NCBI GenBank assembly: GCA_964346905.1
Contig: CAYFXH010000005.1
Location: 1-63,556, forward strand
Direction of reading: 5' to 3'
Source: an uncultured Desulfobacteraceae bacterium
GTDB taxonomy: Bacteria > Desulfobacterota > Syntrophobacteria > BM002
Length of the DNA: 63,556 nucleotides
Shown piece by piece: positions 54,129 through 62,494 of this stretch. The number at the start of each line of letters is the position of its first letter. The first letter of the stretch is position 1. The translations under genes and the position numbers were made by a program. The notes beneath the pieces were generated by a model, which saw nothing but the letters and a program-made list of their open reading frames with translations, did not search any database and was not told where the DNA came from.

Positions 54129-55796
54129 TTAACGGGAAAACTTCTGCACCCGTGAGTTGGCCGTGTCGGCCACGTACACATTTCCGGCTCCATCCGCACT
54201 GAGTCCATACGGCTTGATGAACTGCCCGGAGCTCGTGCCTGGTCCACCGTAGGATCTGAGACTCTGTCCGGTTGGACTCATTTCCCAGATCAAGGCGGTG
54301 GCAGCATCCAGTACCAACAGGTTCCCCGAGGTCCGGTCCAAGGCTACATCAGCAGGATATTTCAGTCGGTCGGTGAAGGCGGCAAGAAACCGACCTTGGA
54401 AGTCGAACTTTTGCACCCTCCGCATCTTGCTGTCTGCAACGTAGACATTACCGTTTTCATCCACTGTCAGCCCCATGGGTTCGACAAAATCGCCGCTGCC
54501 CTTGCCTTTGCGGCCCCAGGCGCGTAAGAATCTCCCCTGATTGTCGAACACCTGGACCCGGTTCAGTTTGGCATCCACCGTGTAAATGGACCCCTCCGGT
54601 CCCACTGCAATCCCGCTCAAAAAAGCAAAATCGCCGTTTCCGTTGCCTTTCCGGCCCCACTGGCCGAGATAAACGCCGTTGGCATCAAATTTTTCTACCC
54701 GAAAATTGTAGGTGTCGGCAACGTACACATTGCCTTCACCGTCCACGGCCACATCGTAGGGGCGAGCCAAACTACCAGAACCAGTCCCCTCCTGTCCCCA
54801 GCTCTTTAAGAAGGTACCGCCGGTATCAAATACTTGGATCCGGTTGTTGTACGTGTCCGCCACATAAATGTTGCCAAAACCATCTGCCGCTAGCCCAAAT
54901 GGTTTGAGAAAATCTCCGGAGCCTGTACCTGGCACGCCCCAGGCTTGAGCAAAACGGAGGGTGGTGCTCGGGCCCACCGAAGATGGAAGACCGAGCAAGG
55001 GCCTATCCACCCTGGCAGCTGCAGCTCCCATGGAAATCACATTTTGGCCCACCGATACGGTCTCATTGGTTTTCTGCTCAACCACCCTGGTAAAGGCTAG
55101 CTTCTCCTGAGCCTCGGTGACCTGAAGCTTACCCGTGTGGATTTTTTCGACTCCCAGAATCTCCCCTGAGACCGGGTGCTTGATGATCTCGCCTTCCCGG
55201 TAGACTTCAAATTGCATACCTGGTTTTGCCCCAGCAGACTTTCCCAGATCAATGATGAAAGTCTCTTCTTTCTGGTGGATGATGAATCCCCGCAGGGGAA
55301 ACTTGCTCACCAATTGGGCCACAAAAGGGTTTATCTTTCGGGACATGGCGCCAACGCTGGTGGCTGCCAAGCGATCGGCCACTTTAATGGTAGCACTTTC
55401 CGTCTCAATAATTTTCACGTTCAAATCAAGACCTTGTCGGTGACTGATAACCGCGCCAGTGGCTATGTAGGTGGCTCCCAGGACCCGCCCCAATTGGGCC
55501 GCAGTATCGACATCGATAACCCCGGTTATGCCCAATTGTTGCTCTTCCATGACCTTTTGCAACGCTTGGCGTTCGATAACATCAAAACGGCCTTGTTTTA
55601 CGAAAGCGGTAGTGAGCCACTGGGCTGCAATCTTACCCAGATCCTGAGACTTGGCTTTCTCTCCTTGCGCTTCCAGATCCACCACGGCGATCCTGGTACG
55701 AGTCGTAGCATGCACGTGTGTCTGGGAGGTAACCCAGAAAAAGAGGGCAACGGTCAAAATCACGCAGCTTACACCCACCCGCTGGTTTGGCTTCAT
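54129..55796 (-). CDS. Secreted CsgG/LpoB-like N-domain fused to a six-bladed NHL-repeat beta-propeller
   Basis: 555 aa with a signal peptide. Contains RIAVVDLEAQG...GRFDVIERQALQKVMEEQQLG...GATYIATGAV, then six repeats of the type G.F..P.G.A.D..GN.YVADT.N.R.Q.F. Confidence 0.75.
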   Translation of the reverse strand: MKPNQRVGVSCVILTVALFFWVTSQTHVHATTRTRIAVVDLEAQGEKAKSQDLGKIAAQWLTTAFVKQGRFDVIERQALQKVMEEQQLGITGVIDVDTAAQLGRVLGATYIATGAVISHRQGLDLNVKIIETESATIKVADRLAATSVGAMSRKINPFVAQLVSKFPLRGFIIHQKEETFIIDLGKSAGAKPGMQFEVYREGEIIKHPVSGEILGVEKIHTGKLQVTEAQEKLAFTRVVEQKTNETVSVGQNVISMGAAAARVDRPLLGLPSSVGPSTTLRFAQAWGVPGTGSGDFLKPFGLAADGFGNIYVADTYNNRIQVFDTGGTFLKSWGQEGTGSGSLARPYDVAVDGEGNVYVADTYNFRVEKFDANGVYLGQWGRKGNGNGDFAFLSGIAVGPEGSIYTVDAKLNRVQVFDNQGRFLRAWGRKGKGSGDFVEPMGLTVDENGNVYVADSKMRRVQKFDFQGRFLAAFTDRLKYPADVALDRTSGNLLVLDAATALIWEMSPTGQSLRSYGGPGTSSGQFIKPYGLSADGAGNVYVADTANSRVQKFSR

Positions 55797-57175
55797 TTCT
55801 GGTCTCCTTGCAACCGCCTGGACTGGGAATACGCCTGCCAGGCCGGATCGGCGAACGACTTGTACGAGTCAGCAAACTCATCCATGGAATCAGCCAGTTG
55901 GGTGAAGATCAAATCCGCCCCCTCATGGGTGAAGTAGGCCCCGTGGTTCAGCGCCATCTCACGGCCCACCTCAGGGTGATCCACAAGCATGCAGGGGCGA
56001 TACAAGTTGTCGTCGTATGGTATCTTTGCTTTTATTGCCTGAAACAAGGGAGAGTTGAGGGCTTCTTTCAATGAGGTGTTATGGATGTTGTGGGTGGCAA
56101 AGTGGCAAAACACACAGGGCTCCACATCACCCTTGGCATTGATGTGCGCATACTTGCGAGCGCCGGACATGCAGCCATTCACCACCGGACCATCATTCCA
56201 AAAATCTATGAACAGCATTGCCTTGCTATTGCGCCAGCGGCCCAGGCACGCCCTCAGATAATCTCTTTGAGCGGGAGTAGGCATGAGTTCGGTTTTAGGA
56301 TCCCTTCCCACCGGGACATACATGAAGTAGCAGCCGAGAAGGCACCCTTTTTCACTCATGAAATCTATGAATTCGTCGCTGGTGATGATGTCGTGATTCT
56401 CTTTGGTTTGCGTGGCGGAGTAGCCAAAGAGCACCCCCCCATCACGAAGCATGTCCATGGCCTGCATAACCCGGTCGAAGTGACCTTTTCCTCGCCTCTG
56501 ATCTGTGTATTCCCTGTAGCCCTCAATGCTGATAGAGGGTAGGACATTGCCCACCGAGACGATCTTTTCCACTATTTTTTCGTCAACAAGGCCCCCGTGG
56601 GTATACACCAGGAAGGACATATCATTGTGCTTCCGGAAAATATCAAAAATGTCCTTCCGGAAGAAAGGCTCACCCCCAGAAATGGTGATGAAATAGATGC
56701 CCATTTCCTTGGCCTCATCGAGGATCCGGTCTATGGTCTCAAAACTCAATTCGTCATTCTGCGTGTAGCTGCCCGCATAGCAGCCAAAACAGTTGAGGTT
56801 GCAGCGCATGGTGGGGCTGATTACCAGGAATCCCGGGGGGTAGTAGCCTCCGGGATCTTGAGCGAAGGCTTTACGTTTGTTGGTGCCTACCAGGAGTTGG
56901 TTGATAACGTAGCTTTGGATGATGGTCTTGCGGTGGTGGGGGTTGAGAGACCGAAGTATTTTCTTGGTAATTTCCAGGCTGGGATGTCCCTGGTCAAAAA
57001 GATCTCGAATCCACCGAATCCGGTGAACATAGTAGTCCCTCTTCGCGAGCTTTTCGGCAAGCTTGGCCACCGTCAGGTAGATGAGCTTGAACAGTTTGTC
57101 GTTGCTTACATGGGCCAGGGAAGCCATCAACAGATTAATGGCGTGAACTTCCAACCGATGGTTATTGGTCTTCAA
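55793..57175 (-). CDS. Radical SAM enzyme with a long helical N-extension and a C-terminal auxiliary-cluster-like Cys motif
   Basis: 460 aa. Contains ISPTMRCNLNCFGCYAGSY (CX3CX2C) and ITISGGEPF. The C-terminal region has GCMSGARKYAHINAKGDVEPCVFC...YRPCM. It has a 4 nt overlap with the NHL gene. Confidence 0.85.
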   Translation of the reverse strand: MKTNNHRLEVHAINLLMASLAHVSNDKLFKLIYLTVAKLAEKLAKRDYYVHRIRWIRDLFDQGHPSLEITKKILRSLNPHHRKTIIQSYVINQLLVGTNKRKAFAQDPGGYYPPGFLVISPTMRCNLNCFGCYAGSYTQNDELSFETIDRILDEAKEMGIYFITISGGEPFFRKDIFDIFRKHNDMSFLVYTHGGLVDEKIVEKIVSVGNVLPSISIEGYREYTDQRRGKGHFDRVMQAMDMLRDGGVLFGYSATQTKENHDIITSDEFIDFMSEKGCLLGCYFMYVPVGRDPKTELMPTPAQRDYLRACLGRWRNSKAMLFIDFWNDGPVVNGCMSGARKYAHINAKGDVEPCVFCHFATHNIHNTSLKEALNSPLFQAIKAKIPYDDNLYRPCMLVDHPEVGREMALNHGAYFTHEGADLIFTQLADSMDEFADSYKSFADPAWQAYSQSRRLQGDQK

Positions 57176-57243
57176 TGTTCTCCTCCAAAGCTCAGGAGTT
57201 TACTCAATTTTAAAGCCACGTCCTTTGCGCTTGGTTTCTCTAC

Positions 57244-57744
57244 TCACACTATTAGATGCCAGAGGCGAATGAGGCCATCACCGATGCCCACGAACATTAG
57301 ACTGCCTAAAATACTTCCGCTAATCAAGAGGGAAAAACTTGTTTTTTTGGGGAGACCAATGATATGAGCCAGAAAAACCCCGCTCCACATGCCACCTCCC
57401 TTCACTGGCAGCATGGTGAGAAGTACTACTCCCGCATGCCCTAGAGTTTTAAATCTCTGGAAAAAGTGTCTTTCCTTAGTGGCATCGCCTTTTCGCTGAA
57501 AATGTTTCCTGAGCCGTTGTAGCCGTTCACTGGTGAATGTATGTTCATAAAGGTAATAAAAACAAGGAATCTGCAAAGTATCCATAAAAACAACGAGGGG
57601 GAAAAACAAGAGGAGATTGAGCCTGAATAGACTGGCGGTTAAAACCGCTGCGGGTCTTCCCCCTAAGATATAGAGAGCGATGAAGTACAGGAGGCTGTGC
57701 TCATGAATGTGCTGCTGCAGCCATGCGATCAGATCGCCCATCAA
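57244..57744 (-). CDS. Small polytopic membrane protein, putative small-multidrug-export (COG2426-like) family
   Basis: 166 aa with 4-5 hydrophobic spans and an LPVKGGGMWSGVFLAHIIGL motif. Confidence 0.5.
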   Translation of the reverse strand: MMGDLIAWLQQHIHEHSLLYFIALYILGGRPAAVLTASLFRLNLLLFFPLVVFMDTLQIPCFYYLYEHTFTSERLQRLRKHFQRKGDATKERHFFQRFKTLGHAGVVLLTMLPVKGGGMWSGVFLAHIIGLPKKTSFSLLISGSILGSLMFVGIGDGLIRLWHLIV

Positions 57745-57839
57745 TTCAACACCAAGGGTCCAGCCTCCAGTGAAGAGGTCGGAAGTCTTAATTATTTAGC
57801 GTAACTGTAGGTATTTTTCAATTACTTTTTGCCTCGTGT

Positions 57840-59126
57840 TCAGATTCTCCTTCTCATACGGACATGGATAAAGTCTTTACTCCCGTAAAAGGGCAGCAAG
57901 GCCAGCAAACTCCCAAAGATTGGCAGAGGATCGTCCAGGTCAATGATGTCATAGCGCAAATTCGGTTGGTGGAATTCAAAAAAGCTCGGTTTCAGTTGCC
58001 AGCGATTGGGGTTTTGCAGGAAGTGGAGAATATCTCCCGGAAGGAGCCAGCGGCAACGCTGTCCCACCTTGTAGTGGTGCACAGTAGGAACATCCAAACC
58101 CAGGGCCATTAAGGCCAGCAGGTAGGGGAAATTCACCCCAGCATGGATTGCTAGGGCCAATGATCCCCAAAAGCGAGGATTTACCTCTAGCAGCTTGGCT
58201 TTGCCATCGCGAGTATCGATTTTGAATTCAGCCATGGCCACGCCCACCAAATGGAGGCTCTCCAAGAGTCTCGCCCCGTCACGTCTCGCCTGGTCATGGA
58301 TAAAGCTTTCGCGCAGAGTACTGGGCCCACCATCTACTGGGTACTCTCGAAGGCGGCGATGGATAAAGCTGGCTCGCACCTGATGATCTTGATCCAGCAG
58401 GAAACTGGCGCCAATCCCTGCACCCTGAGGTGGCAATCTTTCCTGCAGCAATGGCAGTTGTCCAGAATGAAACACTCGCTCCAGGGCAGCGACTAACTGC
58501 TCTGGCCCCGCCACGTATTGGACCCCAGCGCTTCCTGACCCCACTCTCGGCTTGACCACCACCGGATACTCCAGCTTTCTGCTCAGTGGTTTGGCTTCTT
58601 CTATAGTGGTAATCTCGAAGGTTCTCGGAATGGGGATACCCAGTGCTTCTGCTCGCCTGAGCACCTTCAGTTTGTCACGAGCGAAGAGCAAACTCTGGTA
58701 CGCGGCAAAAGGGAGACGAGTTTTATCTTGAAATCGCTCCCTGTTTTGGGCAAGCAGCAGCAGGGTGTCCTCCTCCATTGGCATAAGCACGTGGTGGGGT
58801 TGTCGATCCAGATAGTTTTCGAGAAAGACAAGGTATTGGGACGGCTGCAGAACAGGGGATGGGGTGCGGACCCGGCGGTGACAGTAGCGGGAGAAGAGCG
58901 CGGGCGCCAGATAGGTGCTCTCACCGACGGTAACTCGCATCCCCATGCGGCCAAGGGCTCGAACCGCGGCAAGCGTCTTGCGCCAGTAACCATCGGTGAT
59001 GAAGATACGAGTCTTTTTCAGGTCCGTGGGGACTTGTCCTGGGAGTGAGTTGGGAAGGTGGGTACGGCAACTCTTGTGCAGGTCGGCCTTGCTGCTGAGG
59101 GCGAAATTCCATATCGTACTGTTCAT
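57840..59126 (-). CDS. ATP-grasp-fold carboxylate-amine/thiol ligase-like protein
   Basis: 428 aa. Contains IFITDGYWRKTLAAVRALGRMGMRV, YPVVVKPRVGSGSAGV and MAEFKIDTRDGKAKLLEVNPRFWGS. Confidence 0.75.
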   Translation of the reverse strand: MNSTIWNFALSSKADLHKSCRTHLPNSLPGQVPTDLKKTRIFITDGYWRKTLAAVRALGRMGMRVTVGESTYLAPALFSRYCHRRVRTPSPVLQPSQYLVFLENYLDRQPHHVLMPMEEDTLLLLAQNRERFQDKTRLPFAAYQSLLFARDKLKVLRRAEALGIPIPRTFEITTIEEAKPLSRKLEYPVVVKPRVGSGSAGVQYVAGPEQLVAALERVFHSGQLPLLQERLPPQGAGIGASFLLDQDHQVRASFIHRRLREYPVDGGPSTLRESFIHDQARRDGARLLESLHLVGVAMAEFKIDTRDGKAKLLEVNPRFWGSLALAIHAGVNFPYLLALMALGLDVPTVHHYKVGQRCRWLLPGDILHFLQNPNRWQLKPSFFEFHQPNLRYDIIDLDDPLPIFGSLLALLPFYGSKDFIHVRMRRRI

Positions 59127-59493
59127 GAGTTTGTCAGGATTAGACGTTTAGCTGGACCGTGGTATAGTACTATAGCAAATGGGCGAGGGATTCAATGCCA
59201 TATTCTCCTGTCTACACCGGGATGCAACCTGAGTCAACCTTGACGCGAAAGGCATAATCTGATAAACAACACTACCTCTCCCCAGCCAATTTTTCTTCCT
59301 TCGCTACGAGAAAATTGTGTTCGTTCTCAAGAGGCCCACCAGAACTAACTGGTGCCAAGAGAAATAGAAGCTCGTCGGCCTGGTAAGAGATTGGGATTTT
59401 GACGGCACAGTAAATCCGCCTGAACCGGACCAGATGCAATCCCGCCGAGGGCGGGACACCTGGACTTTTTGCGAAGCCGTCAAGCTTGGTTCT

Positions 59494-60234
59494 ATGAGAT
59501 TCAAGGGTAAAATCGCTCTTATAACTGGTGGAATCCGAGGCATTGGTGCGGCCATTAGCAAGAGTTTCCTTCTCGAGGGTGCCCATGTTGTGGTAACCTA
59601 TTCCCAGGATCAAGATCAGGCGCGAACATTTCAAGAGGAACTCGGGACCAGTGCTCCACAAGCGATTGTTCACCGTGCAGACGCGTCTGACTTTGATGGT
59701 ATGAAAATTCTGGTCGAGCAAACCCTTGAGCAATTTGGCCGTCTGGATATCCTGGTAAACAACGCCGGAATTCGGCGTGACAACCTGGTAATGTTCATGT
59801 CTGAAGCAGAGTGGCATGATGTGCTGCGGGTGAATCTCCAGGGTACTTTCGTCTGCTCCAAGCTGGCACTGAAACCCATGATTGCCCAGCGGTGGGGACG
59901 GATGATCAACATCGTCTCACCGAGTGCATTAATGGGTCGTCAAGGCCAGGCCAACTATGCCGCAGCCAAAGGGGGTGTAGCAAGCTTCACCAAGTCTCTG
60001 GCAAGAGAGGTGGGTAAGCTCGGTATCACTGTCAATGCCGTGTCTCCTGGGGTCATTGAGACCGATATGACTCGTTCCTTGCCTGAAAAAACCCTGGCTG
60101 AACTGAAGCAGTCCATCCCCATGGGCCAATTCGGCCGACCGGAAGATGTGTGCGGAACAGTTTTGTTCCTGGCCTCAGAGGGAGCCTCTTATATTACCGG
60201 ACAAGTTATCAGGGTGGATGGAGGTTTGACCTGA
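59494..60234 (+). CDS. fabG: 3-oxoacyl-ACP reductase (SDR)
   Basis: The internal ATG at 59494 gives MRFKGKIALITGGIRGIGAAIS. Also present are NNAGI, GQANYAAAKGG and GQVIRVDGGL. Confidence 0.85.
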   Translation: MRFKGKIALITGGIRGIGAAISKSFLLEGAHVVVTYSQDQDQARTFQEELGTSAPQAIVHRADASDFDGMKILVEQTLEQFGRLDILVNNAGIRRDNLVMFMSEAEWHDVLRVNLQGTFVCSKLALKPMIAQRWGRMINIVSPSALMGRQGQANYAAAKGGVASFTKSLAREVGKLGITVNAVSPGVIETDMTRSLPEKTLAELKQSIPMGQFGRPEDVCGTVLFLASEGASYITGQVIRVDGGLT

Positions 60235-60286
60235 GCCAATTTATTGGACCAAATTTTGCATATACGGGCTTGAACAGAAGCTTCTC

Positions 60287-60607
60287 ATGAAGGAGGAACT
60301 GGCATTGCAAATGTCCTTGTTAGAGCGGGAAGATCTCGTCGAACATCTGAAGGCGCTCCTTGTCCGCACTCTCCGTTTAGAAGACATTGGCCCGGAGGAC
60401 ATCGTTGACTCAGAGCCCCTGTTTGGCGATGGGCTAGGCCTCGATTCCATCGATGCCCTGGAATTGGTGGTTGCCATCGAGAGGGAGTACGCTGTTGAGA
60501 TCCCAGACGCGGAGGTGGGACGGCGTGCTTTTGCTTCAGTCGATGCGCTGGCGGATTTCATACGTGAGAAGGGGGCGGTGCAAAAGGCTTCCGATGCGGT
60601 GGGTTGA
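60287..60607 (+). CDS. Acyl carrier protein (long form)
   Basis: 106 aa. Contains LFGDGLGLDSIDALELVVAIE, with the phosphopantetheine Ser in DSID. Confidence 0.8.
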   Translation: MKEELALQMSLLEREDLVEHLKALLVRTLRLEDIGPEDIVDSEPLFGDGLGLDSIDALELVVAIEREYAVEIPDAEVGRRAFASVDALADFIREKGAVQKASDAVG

Positions 60608-61019
60608 AACCACGACGAAGGTCAGGTTCAATGAGGTGGATCAATGGGGCATAACCTGGTACGGTCACTATTTTGCCTGGTTTGAACTGGCTCGGATGAA
60701 AGTTCTGGAGAAGTTCTCCCTCCTTCCCGAAGACTTCACCGCTTTGGGGTTTGTGGCACCGGTGGTGAATGCCCATTGCGAATTCAAGAAACCAGCCCGC
60801 ACCAATGACCTCATACAGATACGAGCACACCTTCTGAAGCCACAGACGGCATCTCTGACCTTTCAATTCGAAATTCTGTTGCAGAATGACGAATCTTTGC
60901 TCGCCAGGGGTGAAACGGTTCAGGTCTTACAGCGGTTGGATGGAACCATGATATACAAACTAACCGGCACCCTCAAAGAGCGGGTGGAGTCGATGGTCCA
61001 ATATTTTTGGCCCGAATAA
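60594..61019 (+). CDS. 4HBT/YbgC-type hotdog thioesterase
   Basis: The ATG at 60594 overlaps the ACP stop by 14 nt. Contains TKVRFNEVDQWGITWYGHYFAWFELARMKVLEK. Confidence 0.7.
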   Translation: MRWVETTTKVRFNEVDQWGITWYGHYFAWFELARMKVLEKFSLLPEDFTALGFVAPVVNAHCEFKKPARTNDLIQIRAHLLKPQTASLTFQFEILLQNDESLLARGETVQVLQRLDGTMIYKLTGTLKERVESMVQYFWPE

Positions 61020-61090
61020 ACGAGTGGGGTCACATTCTTGGTGGTTGTTGCCTGAAACCAATCTCAATCAGTTTCGCAATCAGTTCGGTA

Positions 61091-61168
61091 AACCACAAAG
61101 ACCACAACGTGCACAAAGAGGACACTACCATTGAGGCGAAATTCTTTGTGATCTTATCCTTTGAGGTG
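61091..61168. repeat. Imperfect inverted repeat built on CACAAAG / CTTTGTG words
   Basis: ACCACAAAGACCACAACGTGCACAAAGAGG is mirrored by TTCTTTGTGATCTTATCCTTTGAGGTG. It uses the same word set as the element at 3349-3414. Confidence 0.5.
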
Positions 61169-61230
61169 ATACAGCAGTCTGTTGCTTCTGGGCAACATCC
61201 AGTGCAGACTCGATCCCTATGGACTGAAAT

Positions 61231-61668
61231 ATGTCACTCTCCCATGAACAGGTTCAGAACTTGCTGCCTCACAGATATCCCTTTCTCTTCGTCGACAAAG
61301 TCACTTCCCTGGAACCTGGTCATAGAGTGGAAGGTACATTCCAGGTAAAAGGTGACCACCCCTTCATTAACAAGGTCGGCGAGATTCCAGTTTTTCCAGC
61401 CTTTCTGGTGGTTGAAGCCCTGGGGCAAGTGGCGGCGCTCTGTATCCGTTATCCCCAGCAAAAATCTTCACCTGTACCTGGTGGCCAAGGTTTTCTGGTT
61501 CGCATTGACCAATGTTCATTGGAAAAACCAGCCCGGCCGGAGGACGAGTTACTTTTGACAGCCAATCTGGTGAGAGGATTTACCACCCTTTATAAATTCG
61601 AGGCAAAAGGTTTCGTTGATGGCCAAGTAGTGGTGAAGGCGTCCTTGACCCTTTACCTGGAGTTCTAG
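61231..61668 (+). CDS. FabZ/FabA-like hotdog beta-hydroxyacyl-ACP dehydratase
   Basis: 145 aa. Contains LLPHRYPFLFVDKV and DHPF...FPAFLVVEALGQ (His/Glu pair). Confidence 0.8.
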   Translation: MSLSHEQVQNLLPHRYPFLFVDKVTSLEPGHRVEGTFQVKGDHPFINKVGEIPVFPAFLVVEALGQVAALCIRYPQQKSSPVPGGQGFLVRIDQCSLEKPARPEDELLLTANLVRGFTTLYKFEAKGFVDGQVVVKASLTLYLEF

Positions 61669-61671
61669 CAT

Positions 61672-62403
61672 ATGGCAGTCCCCAAAGATGCAGCATCTTT
61701 CAGATTGTGTGGACTGGTTCCTGCTTTCAATCTTTCTCGTACTATTTCTCAGGTTGTCCGGCAAACCCGGCAGTACCTACCCGAGGTTCTGGTAGTGGAT
61801 GATGGTTCCCAGGATGATACGGCCCAACTGGCCAAGAAAAGTGGCGCCAAAGTTCTCAAAATTCCCAGAAACCAAGGGAAAGGGTGGGCCTTGCGATGTG
61901 GTATCAGGTATTTGCTGCAGGATCCATGGGAGGGGATAATCACTCTTGACGGCGACTTGCAGCACGATCCAACCGAGATCCCCAAACTCGTCCAGGAGTA
62001 TGAACGCACAGGTGCACACATTGTCGTTGGCTCTAGAATGGAGGAGGCGAAAAAGATTCCCTGGATTCGCTATTGGACCAATAGAGTTGGAGTCTACTGC
62101 ATCTCGTGGGCGGCCGGGCAGCCGTTGGCGGACACCCAAAGCGGCTTCCGTGTTTACCGCAGAGAGGTTTTTGAATTGATTCCGCTCTGGACCACTCGTT
62201 ACGATACCGAGACGGAAATCTTGATCAAAGCCGGCATGCGGGGAATGAGGATCACATCTGTTCCCATACAAACGATTTATCATAAGGATGATGCAAACAG
62301 CTCTTCTTTCCGACCTTTTCCGGATACTTTCCTCATTTGCATGGTGTTCTTGAAAAGCCTCTTCTGGCGAAAGGGGTTGTATTTACGTGATTTTGAGATA
62401 TGA
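61672..62403 (+). CDS. Family 2 glycosyltransferase
   Basis: 243 aa. Contains VPAFNLSRTISQVV, VVDDGSQDDT, RNQGKGWAL and DGDLQHDP. It starts 4 nt after the dehydratase stop. Confidence 0.8.
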   Translation: MAVPKDAASFRLCGLVPAFNLSRTISQVVRQTRQYLPEVLVVDDGSQDDTAQLAKKSGAKVLKIPRNQGKGWALRCGIRYLLQDPWEGIITLDGDLQHDPTEIPKLVQEYERTGAHIVVGSRMEEAKKIPWIRYWTNRVGVYCISWAAGQPLADTQSGFRVYRREVFELIPLWTTRYDTETEILIKAGMRGMRITSVPIQTIYHKDDANSSSFRPFPDTFLICMVFLKSLFWRKGLYLRDFEI

Positions 62404-62494
62404 GATAACCGATATCGTTGGAGTGGAGGAGTACTCCGTAGACTTTGACTGCTCTCACGTCTGTGGAGCCTTTAAAACATTGGGGTGGGGTTAG

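Noticed and set aside
59127-59493. Search for a RiPP precursor peptide next to the ATP-grasp/radical SAM operon.
   Set aside because: Only tiny ORFs without RBS occur here (for example MGEGFNAIFSCLHRDAT), and there is no repeated core-like motif. The RiPP hypothesis is therefore unsupported by what I can see, though a dedicated small-ORF tool should re-check.
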